From: Macrostomum lignano
Lineage: Eukaryota
DNA: 64,000 bases
Direction: 5' to 3'
Assembly: GCA_002269645.1 (NCBI GenBank)
Contig: NIVC01001207.1
Location: forward strand, 23,541 to 87,540
Shown: piece after piece, positions 24,275 through 38,069 of the stretch
Numbering within the stretch: position 1 is the stretch's first letter
Layout of the letters: every line of letters begins with the position of its first letter
Program-made: the position numbers and the translations under genes
The notes under the pieces: generated by a model
The model's input: the letters and a program-made list of their open reading frames with translations, nothing else
The model's database searches: none
Told to the model about the DNA's origin: nothing

Positions 24275-25533
24275 TATATATAGTTTTAATTTGTTAAATT
24301 GCTATAAATATTTAATGGACAAGATGTTTTAGAATTAAATCAAAGATTCTAGTCAATCTTTACTTACAAAAATAAAAAGCAATTAACTATAATTGTTGTA
24401 TATTAATCTAAACAAATCTTTTTCTTTGTTTTTACTTTTAACTTTGTATCTATATAAATATGACCATTTAGCTATAAAATAGGAATTTCATGTTGATTAG
24501 ATACATGAACCAACTTTACCAACCGAAAACCCAATATATTGTTATGATAAACATTGTTTATTTGAAAAAATAACTATTTATGACAAATAAAAATTTGTAG
24601 CCTTGTTACAACAGTTAATTTATTTAAACTATTAAAATAAAACATGCAATTTTATCTTTATATTATTCAAAATTTAGCCTAATATTTGCTAATAGACACT
24701 TCTACTTAAAGTAGAGCTATGAAACTTTGGTTTGTCATAGATATATATAAATATATAATATTATAATAAAAGTTGAAAATCAATTTCCAGCTTAAAGCCA
24801 ATAACTATACTTTGTTGTTTGAATTAAACAAAAGTTAATAATAAGCTTGTTAAAATTTGAATATGATTGCGAATATCAATCTATAAGGTAAATATAATTA
24901 TTATACTTGTAAAATTATCTTTGTGACCTATATATAGGCTAGTGATTATATCCTGATTAAGCAAACCCTCTGGCACAACTGCTGTTTAAACACTTGTAAC
25001 ATTACATGAGCTAAAAAAAACCAATAGGCCCTAATGATAGCAGAAGCAGAACTTAAACTTGGTCCTAGAGATAATAAGTTGACATTGTTAATTGACTGAC
25101 TATTGCCAACCTTCTATGATCTGTACTTTGTAGGGCTAAGGCAGTGGTGACAGTCTCGTCTTTAGTCTTTCATTTGTCTATTTTTCATATCTTTCATAAT
25201 TGTAAACTTCTGTAAGTTTCATTTTTTATAATTCTATGTTGTACATTGTATGCACATGATAATAAGTGTAAAACAAATTTTCCCAGAAGTTTGGTTGGCA
25301 GAAAAATGTTGATTTTAAGGGAGATCATTTTTGTCTAAATTTGAAAGTTTTGAGCTTTTCTGGTTTACTGATATCAAAAGCATAGCAGTGGAAATGATAA
25401 GTATTTTTTCTGCTACTTTTTATAATCTTAAAATGATAATGTAGCAAAGTATCATGGACTTATTGTATTCATGTTGCTGTGTTTTGAACAATGTAACACA
25501 AAAACAAATCTAAACTTCTATATTTCAGCTGTT

Positions 25534-28500
25534 ATGCACTATCAACACCTGATCCTCTTCTGCATAATTGCTGCCACTCTCGCAGCCAATGAAAAGCCAA
25601 GATTCAAGTTCTCCGAGACCAACAAGATCATGCTGTCCTGGGAAGAAACATGGGAAGTTGGATCGTCAAACATGTTAGCATTTTTGAACACTGACAAACG
25701 GCTAATAATTAAAATCGTAGTCGTAGGAAATGTTGGTACTGGCTTGAGAAGAATTCTACAGTTCAAGTGCAGGCGAGATTATGTTGAGTCAATGATGGAC
25801 ATGGAATCATTGAAGTCCAGCTCAAATGAGGTCCAGTGTAAAGACACTATACCATTTTCAGTGAGGCTTAAAAACGAGCGCGAAAATGAATTCGACTTCA
25901 CGCTACTGTCGTCAAAATTACCATACTCGCATGCCTTTTCTGATAAAATCGAATTGCGAGTACGCATCGAGCATTCGTCTGGCGTTCTTGAATCCAATAG
26001 CCTATTTGTATGGAATTTAGATGCCATTGGCAAACTGAACCCGGATGGTAGGCGTTTCCTTTCTACAGGGGCTGAACAGTTTCTGAAGCGAATGTCGGAG
26101 AACATGCCGGATACAGAGTTTGATAGTACGCAATTTTTGGATCCTGCCATGAGCCAAATAATCAAGGAGGCTCCAGAATTTCTCAAACCGAAGATTAACA
26201 TCGGAGCTATTCTTAACTTTGACGCTGGCACATGCGAGTCCTATCAGATATCAAGGGCGTCGCTCTTTGTCAACTATCACTCAAAATTGGATGAAAGAAA
26301 CCAGAATCTACTTAAGCATATCTATTTGGACACGGAGACTGGTCTGTTGCACTACTCGCGATACGGTCTCAGTTCCATAATCTCTGATTTTTTTTCTTCC
26401 AAGAGTCCGGTTCAGATTGGTATTTGCGCAACTTTATCGTTCGCAGGCCAAGGCCAACCCTATGACAAAACATTCTCTATTGCGCAGAAGATACCAAAGA
26501 CTGAGCTGTCCTACAAGACACTTGGAGATCGAAACTCAAATTGCAAAATAATCGGTTCTACTAATCAAAAAGCGGTCACAATATTCTCTGGTATGGACTA
26601 CACTCCACTTGTTTGTCCCATTATATGCAACAGTCCAAACCAAGTGTACAGATTTTTTCACGGTGATAAGGGTCTTGTTCCGGATACGCGGCGCGATTGG
26701 ACAGAAGTGAATGGGATTCGAATCTCCAAGACGGGCAACATAATAGAGTTTCCGCCGATAATTTACAATAAACATTCGGGTGCCTATACGTGCGTCGCTG
26801 GTGGTACAAGGTTCACCTTTAACACGCAAGTAATTTCCATGCCGCAGTTTACGTCAAAATCGTATGGTAGCAGCTCTAGCTCAGAAATTTCTGGTAATCT
26901 GCCACCAACAGTGTATGCTATGGAAGGCGAAGGACTATCTTATAACTGCACGGCATACTTTACCAACGTTGCAACTACAAATGTCTTACCGGTCTTTTAC
27001 AGTGCTGCCTTGGGCGAAAACAATTGGAAAAAATACGATTTAGATAGTTTCAATCGTCTAATGGCTACTCCGGTGTCCAATGTTATAACTGTGCCGAAAG
27101 TTTCTCAACTTGAATCGATGACGCTAACATTCAATATTGGCAAAGTTCCGCCAGCAAATCCGTCAACTGGATTGAATTTCACGCATCGTTGCGTGTGTGA
27201 CGTAACTGTTGGCACAGCTGACACCCAAAAGATTGGTATGCCATCTTACAGCGTGCAGAGTGGCAGCAGTGTTTTCTTTTTGAGCCGTCCTCTACTAAAC
27301 AGCTTCGACATAAGCATGGCAAAGAACTGTAGCTTGCAGTCGTGCACCGCCTCAGATGGGGCGTATTTCCAATTTTCACTGAAGCCTCAACTTGCCGCCT
27401 ATTTGAAAGCGATTGGCGTTTCCGTGACAGGTTACTTCAAGATTGATGATGATTACTTGGACTTTGTCAAGGTGCTTAATCAGCCGGATGTGGCAAAAGT
27501 ATCCTACGATCCGGATACAACAAAGCTTTCCTTTAAAGTTAATCGCATAACAAAGCCTGAAGTGTTAACCGAGCTTCAGTCGCGCAAGACGCTGACACCA
27601 ATATTCAACTTTCGCTACAAAGAGGGCACAAAATCGCCCAATCTAGTTTTTGACAAGAAGCGCTACGGCCCGCGCCAACTTGTTGCTGGTAAGCGCGACT
27701 GTCGATCGGACGATCTCTGCTTCTACTCTACCGACTTTGACGCTGACACCACTCTTCAAGGCCTCATGCTTGGCCTGGACTTCAAGGGTCAGCCTGTTGT
27801 TGGCGAAAATGCGGCGACTGCCAGCACTAGCATCATTGTGGGAATCATATTGGCTATTGTTTTACTGCTAATTATTGCCGTACTCATCGTCTTCCTTCTT
27901 CGACGCGACACCGGTCAGACCTATTTGCTAGACGAGAAGGAACGCCAGCAGGGCAATCATCCTGAGCAGGAAGCCAAGGAGGAGCAGTTCAAAGAGTATC
28001 AGCGACCCGAGGAGGGCCCGCTGAAGGCCAGGCAGATGTCAGTGGGCTCGAGTATCTCTGCTGGTAGCAAAGATGACCAAGAGCTTGAGGAATATGGCAA
28101 CGACGATATAGACTGCAGTAAGTACTGTTCAGTGTGTACGATACATAGCATGACTTAATTGGCATAATCTTCATGGCAAAGCAAACCTAATATGGTCAAG
28201 CTCCATCCCAAAAAAGGCTAATTTCTAGAATCGTAAAACTAACTGCGATCAAAATGAATGAGCTCCCGCTGTTATGACTGGCCGAGTGCTCCATTTGCCA
28301 TGTAAAGAATTTAAGCCTAAAGAAATTGTCGAGACGAAGAGTATTTAGCCCGCCTTTATCTCTTATCTCTTATCAGTCTCACAGCGCCTGTTAATAAATT
28401 TTATAGACTAATTCTGCCCTGTCTTTCCGCCCATATGCGCAACTATTGTGTAAATGGGGCCAAGCACAAAGCTCAACATTGCGAACTCAGGTTAAAATTA

Positions 28501-29118
28501 TTCAAGTGCTGGATTATAAACAAATCTGGGGTCATGAGAGGGCATTTTGGGATAAAAAAGTTCAAATAAATCAAGTGTGAACTTCTTGATGCTCTGAATT
28601 GTAAATTTAATCCTCTGAATCTAAAAGAGACCCTCTCTGTGCGCATCCTGGCGCACTTTAAGCGACATTGTCACACAATCAGCGAGAGGCATTACTTACT
28701 TCCCATTCCGCCGACTCCCCTGAGCAGGCACACACACAGGAGTGTACAGCGGCCCTAACTTTATTTATCGTTAGGCATGTACACTTTAATTAACGTGTCT
28801 TGGGGGTTGGCCCTCAAGGGCGTTGATTGCACGAGCAGAGCCAAGCCGAGATTCCAGTTTAGTTACAAAGTTAATGTGACTGCCTGGCCCGCTGACACAT
28901 AAGACCGAGTTGCTAAAGGTGGCAAAGTCTTGAGATTCAAGGAAGAGACAAATCCTTGAGAGAGTGTGAAAGCTTTAGCATCCGATGGAAATACTAGGAT
29001 TTCAAAACTTTGCAATTCCTTGTCTTTTACAGCAAAGTTCGTGGAGGACGGCTCATTCATCGGCGATTATTCTACGGACGCGCGTAGACGCGACGCCTTC
29101 AACGCTCATCAAGTGTGA
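25534..29118 (+). CDS. Type I membrane protein with Ig-like domain(s) and a neuroglian/L1CAM-type cytoplasmic tail (FIGDY); exons 25534-28117 and 29033-29118
   Basis: Signal peptide MHYQHLILFCIIAATLA; Ig-like GAYTC; TM IIVGIILAIVLLLIIAVLIVFLL; tail RRDTGQTYLLDEKE...FKEY. The phase-1 splice gca|gtaagt ... ttttacag|ca gives TKFVEDGSFIGDYSTDARRRDAFNAHQV*. Confidence 0.9.
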
Positions 29119-29565
29119 AAGGCGAGAACGAGAGTGGCGATAGACAGCCAGGTGGATAACTGTTCAGTCAGCTGAGGGTAGTGTTAAGCTTATCTATAGC
29201 TTATTGGATTGCCAGCCTAGTGTAATGATTTGCTAGCGTGTCATATTTTATAATATTTAGCAGTGTTTTTCTCTGTGTGTTGTCTGGCTTTGTGCCTCTG
29301 TAGGTTTTTCGTTCAGTTTAAAATATTTATACTTGTTATGCGGCTATACACTATGGTATCAACCTTTCCTTTGCTTTTTATAGCGTTTTCGCATAACGTT
29401 AGTTGTCTGTATGCATATCACAGTACTTTGTCCGTTTGAACAAATTTACAAAAAATCTGAGAGATTACATGTATTAGAATATGTTTCTATGTCCTGTGTG
29501 CAATCTCATCGCTGCCTCAGCTACCGTAGTAGCAAACTCCGTCTATTGAACAGTAATATCTAAAC

Positions 29566-30178
29566 CAGGGGTCGGCAACCTCCGGCCCGCGGGCCAGATC
29601 CGGCCCGCAAAGACTTTCTATGCGGCCCGCGAACTTCCTTAATCTTAATTATTACAATCCGGCCCGCACCTTTATTGTAACTTCATTGTTTCTCCTACAA
29701 AAGTTTTGTGCACTAATAATGGGAAATTTCTTTCCTCAATTGCCAACTTTAATAACAAATTAGTTAACAATGAGACCCAAACTGATCGTGTAAGTGGCTG
29801 TTTACTAACTCTAGACAGACAGCACATCAGTTCAAACTTTCGAATATGGTATGGGGGGGGGGGTAAAGGCCCAGGGGGGCAGATTTTGGAGGGTAAAGAC
29901 CCAGAGGGCGGATTCTGGAAGGTAAAGACCGACGGGGCGGATTCTGGAGGGTAAAGACCCATGGGGCGGATTCTGGAGGGTAAAGACCCATGGGGCGGAT
30001 TCTGGAGGGTAAAGACCCATGGGGCAGATTTTGGAGGTAAAGACCCAGAGGGCAGATTTTTTAGGGTAAAGAAAGACCCAGGGGGGGGGGCGAAGTAATC
30101 GGGGGACGACCTGTGGCCCGTGGTCTTGAACTGAAAACCTCATCTGGCCCTCAAGTGGAAAAAGGTTGCCGACCCCTG
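29566..30178. mobile_element. Non-autonomous hAT (Charlie-like) element with an internal 29-nt tandem repeat
   Basis: TIR caggggtcggcaacct / aggttgccgacccctg; perfect 8-bp TSD atctaaac (29558-29565, 30179-30186); repeat gattctggagggtaaagacccatggggcg at about 29870-30070. Confidence 0.95.
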
Positions 30179-32426
30179 ATCTAAACTAAAAAGACAGATG
30201 AAGACTTAGGTTAGCGGTTCTGTTGCTCTCAATGACTGAGCTGTAGCTCATTTCTAACTGTATTTGCATTTCGTCTTAGTTTAGCAATATAGTCATATAT
30301 ATATAGATATAGATATTTGTTAGCACAAGTCAGCTTCCATATATATCTGCATAATGCATTTTCGGAAGCGGGTTTGACCATTTTTTCTCTTTCTCTCTCT
30401 AGTTCTGCCCACGCCCAGTGCGTGCGTGCGGGCCGGTCTGAGGTTTAGAGAGGAAGGTTAAAAGGCCGGTCAAGGAAGGCGGGAGGGAGGGCGGTCGATA
30501 TGCGCTCTGTTCTGCCTTCAGATAGCTTATTATAGTTTAGTGTGGGCCTAAGCTAAATAATCACCCCCGAGCTGTGTGGTCTGATACTACTAAGCCTGAT
30601 GCAAATGATATCAACGGTGGCAGTGAGGCTACTCGAAATAACCCCGATCAAATATTAAATATTCAATCTTCATACTAATCAGAACCGCCGCGATTAGCCG
30701 GGCTGTTGCAATTTTATTTGGGCGTTTATTTTTTTAAAGAGGTGTGTTTTTTTCAAGTTCTAATCTCCACGGTAGCAATACAATGTGTTTAGAATTCTTT
30801 TTTTCTGCTTCAAGCAGCAATCAATTTTTGCTTTTTTTCCTCCCATTTAGTCAAAAGCAGCATATCAGTGTCTGTTACAGTTTTTTTCTTCATTTATCCG
30901 ATATATTAGTCCTGAATAGCTAACCTAATGAGTTTAATGTAAAAGCACAGCTGTCAATATTTTTGTTAGTAACATTGCGTAAGTTTTGAATTACAGTAAC
31001 GTATTTTTAATTTAGTCAGCTGTGTGGCTGCTATTTGCAGAAAGTTTACTGCTTTACTCATTGCTTTTTCTGCTTCTTTTGTTTTAAAAGCAACATTTAA
31101 TTGTGTAATAATCAACTTTTTGTCATTTTTTTTACTTTAAAATACCGCCTTTAGTCAAGCTTAGTTAGTTTAAGCTGGAATTTGTTCAACATTTTAGTTT
31201 CTAAGAATTCTATATATGGCATACTAACCCCTGTCGGCATTCCTCTGCCTGTTATATTTAGCCAGCCGAATTGGTCTTTTGCTATTTTTTTAACCTATGG
31301 GAAAGCGTACCTTGCCAGCGGATGGAGGTGTAGCACGTATCTAGGCGGCAAGAGAGGCAATAACAAGTTCCATTTGCATTGGTCCCATAGGAGCTGGGAG
31401 AGATTTCGCAGCCGTATTCCCATATAACTAACTATAACTATAACTATCTATAACTATGTGCCCTGCGTACAACTTGTCTGAATTGATGGCCTGTTGACTG
31501 CATAGATTGCGGGTCCTACATACTGCATGTGCAGATATTACAGAATAAGGCCTGGCTTGCCTGTGGCCATTAGGGGTCAGATCAAGATCGTTATCTTGTT
31601 CCTAGCATTCTTGTTATAATGCGTAATCATAAGGTCGGCTGGTTGTGCAAGCTTTAGTTTGGGCCCTAGTCAGCTCAAGGAGCTTTGAATACAGAAACTG
31701 GCTAGGAGAAATTTCCTTCACCCGACTCTTACCCCGTGTGCAGTGCAGTGTTTTATTTGAATTTTTGTCCTAATATTATTATTAATTTCGTAAAATAATT
31801 GCCATTCAGCGGTGCAGTTACATGTCTCTAAACTTTTTTGTCAGCTTTGCACCTCTTTGTGCTGTAAATTCTGACTGCTTTCCTTGCTTCATTAGCTCAC
31901 AATATTTCTATGCTTTTTATAATAACTGCTCTAATACCTGCCTACCCGATCGCCATGTTCCTAATAATTAATCCCGCGTGTTTTTTTACCGATTTTTGTT
32001 ACGCAAAATTCTCAAATCTGTCACTCGTGCGTCCTCGAAAAAAAATGTTTTCTCTCGTCGTGTTTATAACTGATTTTTTCGCCGCTTTGCAAAATTATAA
32101 TATCGATTTGCGAACAAAAATAAATACGCGTTCATTCATTTTGAGCCTTTTGCAATGCGAAAATTTGAAGTCGAAGAATTCTTAAAACTGAATTTTATTT
32201 GGGAGAACTTCTCTAGTGTTTTAATTTAGATTTTATTAAACTTCATAAAGCCTGAAAGGTTTATTGGCACCACTGCCCCCTCCCCACTTTTTGCTGTGGT
32301 AGGGCCGATCCCCCACTTTTGGTAGGAAAATCCAATATGTCTACGGTACTGGAAACTCTAATGTTTGTCTTAGACTTATTAAAAGTTTAGAATCCTTTCA
32401 CAATGCTCCCTTTGCCATTTTGATGC

Positions 32427-35229
32427 ATGATGGCTTGGAGACAGACTTTCAGCCGGCTATGCGTGCTGCTGGCGGCCATACTAGCAGTTAGTGTTGCGCA
32501 GAAGTCGCCACAGTTTGTGTACTCACAGTCTAACAAAATTATGCTGTCCTGGGACGACGTCTGGGAAGTTGGCGTATCCAACAAGTTGGCCTTTCTTAAC
32601 AAAGATAAGCGGCTTATTATCAGGATTAACGTTGGCGGCGATACTGGCAACAGCTCTGGCACCAAGGTTCTAGTTTACAGGTGTACTGAGTCGAGTCCTC
32701 CGGAGGAAGTCGCTCTTAGTAGCGTTCAGTCGCAGAGTAATTATTGTCCGGGCACTATGCCCTTCACCATTAGTAAAGTGAGCGGAAAGGAAGGCATTGA
32801 CTTCTATTTTACACTTTTGGATTCGATGCAAACTTACGATAACGTGTTTTCTCAAAAGATTCAACTGTACATCCGGGTTGAATTTCCTGTCGGCACAATC
32901 ACATCCAACAGTCTGTTTGTTTACAACCTGGACGCTATTAGCAAATCGCCCAGTTCATCGTCTAACGACGCCATTATTGACAGCTTTTATAAGCGCTTTC
33001 TAACTGTGCCGGCCATCAATTTCATGATCCAGATGAACACTACCGCCGATCCATTCTCTTATGTGCCCTTTATCGACCAGCAGATTGTCGATCGGATTCG
33101 TTCAGCTCCGGATTTTATCAAGGCAAAGATAAACATTGGGGCAATTTTGCAATTCGATGCCGGCGACTGTCAGAATTTCCAGTCGCATTTGGTCTCTATG
33201 TTTGTTAACTACTACTCAAAGATGAATGAGAATAATATTAATTTGTTAAAACATATTGGACTAAGCTTGGATGACGGCAGGTTGTACTATTCGAAATATG
33301 GACTAACAACCGCCATATCAAACTTCTTCAGAGACCGAGGATCGCCCAAAGAAATCGGTATTTGCACTCTAGTTTCTTTTGCTGGTCATAGCCAGCCGTA
33401 TTTCAAGGTTGATGAGGTTAAGCAGAGAATATCTACTACTATTGTGAATTATAAGCAAATGGGTTCAAGAACCACTGAATGTTCGATTGTTGGCTCGGGC
33501 ACGGCTCGATCAGTGAGCATATTTGCTGGCATGGACTACACCCCGTTAGTGTGTCCAATTATTTGTGACGATCCTAACCAGGTGTTTAGATTTTACCATG
33601 GCAACCAACAAATTGTGTCCAACGGTCAAAGCGAATGGACTTATGTTCAGGGACTGAAAATTTCTCGAACAGGAAATGTAATCGAATTTCCAGCTGAGCT
33701 TTTCGAGAACGACTCCGGTGAATACAGGTGCGAGGCTGGCGGGAAGAGCTTCAAGTTTGACGTTAAAATTGTCTCCATGCCCCAGTTTTTAACAAGATTG
33801 CACGATAGCGACAGCAAAATTGTTTCGGGAGACTTGCCTCAAGTAGTATTTGCAATTGAAAACGAGACTCTCTCTTATAACTGCACAGTGTACTACACTA
33901 ATATGGACCAAGTCGACGTGATTCCAGCCTTTCACACCATTGGCACCGCTGATCAGAAGTGGAAAAAGCTCGATCTGGACCAATTTAATCAGATGTTTTC
34001 CTCTTCTGTTTCCACCGTTCGCCAGTCAACTCTTAAAACAAACGAAACCAAAACACTAAACCTGACAATCTCCCGGGTGCCTGTCTCCGATTATTCAACT
34101 TATCTGAACTTCACTCATCGATTTGTGTGCGATGCATCTGTCAGCCCTGCCGATGCCCAGAAGGTTGGCCTACCATCATACAACATCCAGAGCAGCAGCA
34201 ATGTCATCTTTCTTAAGCGACCCACGATTTTAAGTTTCAATCGAACGTCTGCTAAGCCTTGTTCTGAGCAGAAATGCTCCAACAAAGTTGGCGGTACTTT
34301 TGAAGTCTCTTTGAGCCCCGACATGACTCGTCGGTTGGCGGCAAGCGGTGTCAAAGTGTTTGCCTATTTTAAGATTGACAACGAGCTGCTTGAAAACATT
34401 CATACCATCCATGGACAGGATATTTCTGTATCAAAGTTCTATCCCGAGACGAACCGTTTGTTGTTTAAAATATTGCCTAACGCTAAAAAAGAAGTCATCT
34501 CGATTCTACAAAAGTACAAATATTTAACGCCAGTATTTAATTTTGGGTACAAAGACTCCTCCGGTACGAAGCTTACTAATCTAAACTTGCACAAAGAGCG
34601 CTACGGCCAGCCTATTGTGTCATTTGGTGACCGAGACTGCCGAGCCGATTCTACCTGCTTTTACTCCACCGACTTTGACTCGGCTGATTTGCTCGCCGAT
34701 TTAAGCATCAGACTGGGTTTCGATTGGATCAGCGACGAGCAGCCGGCTGCTGGGCTAGCCAGCGCCAGTGCCGGCCTCATTGCTGGCATCACCCTGGCCG
34801 CTCTCATTGTTCTAATTGCAATCATACTCCTGGTGCTGCTTCTGAGACGCGACTCGGGCCAGACTTACTTGGTCGACGAGAAGGAGCGCCAGCAGGGCAA
34901 CCATCCCGAGTTGGAGGTCAAGGAGGAGCACTTCAAGGAGTACCAGCCGGCGGAGGAGGCGCCAATGCGGGCTGAAAGAATGTCGCTGAATTCCTACTCG
35001 GGTGTGTCAATCAAGAGTCAAGACGATCGAGAATTGGACGTCTACAAAGACGACATGGGCGATAGTGAGTGCTCATTTGTCTGTTTGTATCTATAAATTG
35101 TGCAATAATTCCATTATATAATAAACTTAAATCATTTTATACTCTTTAGTGGGCGATTTCACCGAGGACGGCTCGTTCATTGGTGAATACTCGGCCAAGA
35201 AAAAGAAGCAAGACAACTCGGCAAACTAA
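32427..35229 (+). CDS. Tandem paralog: type I membrane protein with Ig-like domain(s) and a neuroglian/L1CAM-type tail (FIGEY); exons 32427-35064 and 35150-35229
   Basis: Signal peptide; collinear with the upstream paralog (NKIMLSW, GMDYTPLVCPIIC, CFYSTDFD); SGEYRC Ig motif; TM; a phase-1 85-nt intron gives MGDFTEDGSFIGEYSAKKKKQDNSAN*. Confidence 0.9.
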
Positions 35230-35384
35230 TTGAATCGAGTGTTTGTAGTTTTGTTCAAAACATTGCACAGTGACCAGGCTAGTGTGAGGCGCTTGTAACT
35301 TCTAGTTTTAGTTTTTATATTTTCATTGTTCATTGCGCTAGAGTCCGAAGTCTGTACTCATTGAAGGTCATTGAAGGTCAGTCC

Positions 35385-36120
35385 CTACGCCATCCTTGAT
35401 CCATCAGAAGGGTGCCACCACCTACCCATCCTTGATCCATTAGAGTGGTGTCACTCACTACCCCATCCTTGATCCATCAGAGGTGTGTCACCCCCTATCC
35501 CATCCTTGATCCATCAGAGGGGTGTCACCCCCTACCCCATCCTTGATCCATCAGAGGGGTGTCACCCCCTACCCCACCCTTGATCCATCACAGGGGTGTC
35601 ACCCCCTATCCCATCCTTGATCCATCACAGGGGTGTCACCCCCTATCCCATCCTTGATCCATCACAGGGGTGTCACCCCCTATCCCATCCTTGATCCATC
35701 ACAGGGGTGTCACCCCCTATCCCATCCTTGATCCATCACAGGGGTGTCACCCCCTATCCCATCCTTGATCCATCACAGGGGTGTCACCCCCTATCCCATC
35801 CTTGATCCATCACAGGGGTGTCACCCCCTATCCCATCCTTGATCCATCACAGGGGTGTCACCCCCTATCCCATCCTTGATCCATCACAGGGGTGTCACCC
35901 CCTATCCCATCCTTGATCCATCACAGGGGTGTCACCCCCTATCCCATCCTTGATCCATCACAGGGGTGTCACCCCCTACGCCATCATTGATCGATCACAG
36001 GGGTGTCACCCCCTACCCCATCCTTGACCCATCAGTGAGATGCCACCCCCATCCTTGATCCATCGGTGAGATGCCACCCCATCCTTGACCCATCAGTGAG
36101 ATGCCACCCCCTGCCCCATC
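35385..36120. repeat. 37-nt minisatellite (ccatccttgatccatcacaggggtgtcaccccctatc)
   Basis: Period 37 measured at 35641/35678; homogeneous core with decayed ends. Confidence 0.95.
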
Positions 36121-37309
36121 CCTGTTAGATTTGGTTAAACGTTTTTAACGATTCGTTCTCATATCGTAGCTTTGCTACGTCTTATACGCAATCAAGAACC
36201 GTTCTTTACTAATATGCTAATTCTTAAACTTCCGTGGCTTAACTTTTCGCGCTAACTGCTGTCCTGCTTGCACTTTTAGCTGTTATTTATTGTTATTTAT
36301 ATAGACAGTACTTTGTATCAGCTTTCCAGTTGATTCAGGCAATTTCTATATTCCAATCAGTATGTATTTAAAGCACTGATTTTTCCCTGCACACACTATT
36401 CGAACCCAAACCGAGCTTTGGTTCTGCCAAATTGATTGAATTTAATTAATATTTATTCCACTGATTCAAATGGCTTTTTTTACACCTGATTTTGCTGGCT
36501 TTTTTAGTATTATATTTATTGCTTATTTATAGGCATTGTGTGCTCAAATGCTTAGCAGGCTCGCCATCTCCTAATGAGTGCGGGTTCTGTCCATTGACTA
36601 ATTATTGATTCGATGCATTCGCTCATTATTTTTTGCTATATTTTTGTAATCATCTTGATTTTTCCCTACCGTCTTAGTCCATGACTATTTTCTATATTTT
36701 CCCACGACTTTAAGAAATCGAATTTTTTCATAAATTATATTTTTTCGCCCTGTACTTGTACACACTTGTTTTTCCCCGTCTGGCTTCCTTGTTGTTTGTT
36801 GTTGCTTTTGCAATTTCTGGCGCTGAAATAGCGTCCGTTCAAGAGGCGCATTGATCTACATTTATACGCGACAATTATTGAAAAAAAAATAAATAATCGT
36901 ATCGATTATACTGGCGGATGTGCCAGCCTGCGTGTGCTGAAGTCAATCGAAGCGCAAATTGCTGCTAATTGTGGCAAGCTTCTAGTTTCAGTCTTACTTG
37001 CTGCAAGCTTGGATAAGCGGTGTTTAGGGGCGAAGCGTTTTCTTAGTGGCCGGATGTGCCCTGTCACAGCCTAGCTTAGATGAACAGATTAATGAAGCGT
37101 GACCATGAAAGCTTAATTATTGATAATTAAGGCCTACCAGGTTGTAGCTTTGGTGTCAAGGTTGAACTATTGTGTTCGTTGTTATACATGTATTCTTAGA
37201 AAGGTAAGGAGCTATCATGGTTTAGTGCTATTTCTGCTTTCCTAATTCGATAAAAGCATAACTTAAAGCGATCTTAAATGTCCTCTAAAAATAAATCGAT
37301 TTACTTATG

Positions 37310-37640
37310 AAAACCTTTTTCTTTTAATTCCCTCGTGTGTTAATCTTTAATTCCCTCGTGTGTGAATCTTCTTTTAATTCCCTCGTGTTAATCTTTAATT
37401 CCCTCGTGTGTTAATCTTTAATTCCCTCGTGTGTGTGTGAATCTTCTTTTAATTCCCAGGTGTGTGAATCCTCTTTTAATTCCCTCCTGTGTGAATCTTC
37501 TTTTAATTCCCAGGTGTGTGAATCTTCTTTTAATTCCCTCCTGTGTGCATCTTTTAATTCCCTAATTCCTAATTCCCTTGTGTGTGAATCTCCTAATTCC
37601 CTTGTGTGTGAATCTCCTCATTCACTCGTGTTTGAATCAC
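37310..37640. repeat. Degenerate minisatellite (ttttaattccctcgtgtgtgaatctt-like)
   Basis: About a dozen variable-length tandem copies. Confidence 0.85.
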
Positions 37641-38069
37641 TATGATTATTTCCTACATTCGTCAGTTTATCCTCTCTGATTAGTATAAAATTTAATTATG
37701 GCCTTGTGTTCCCAATAAAATTTGCGCTTGATTTTCTGCTTCCCTAAAAAGATCGTCATTGACATACTCTACTGTAAGTAGCCAGGTAAGAATATTATAT
37801 CTACTCCCATTTGTGCATCTATGGCTCGTTGCGTGCTAGCAGAGCGCGCCGTTCTGCGTGATTTCCGCCTGATTTACCTGAGCTGAGCAGTCATTTTGCT
37901 TGTCTGAAAAACATTAGAAGTGCGCTGCATGGCAATATTGCATGGTTGGCCTTGCATCCTTTGAATTTTTAATACGGCAATTAGATCCGATTGGGAGCTC
38001 GAAAACAAGCTTAAGTTACATGACCCACCAGACCTTTTTTTGTGGGCACAAATGAAAGTAGAGTGTTTA

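Noticed and set aside
31210-31456. (taacta)n tract as a retroelement tail
   Set aside because: No recognisable ORF remnant or TSD upstream; left as a simple repeat.
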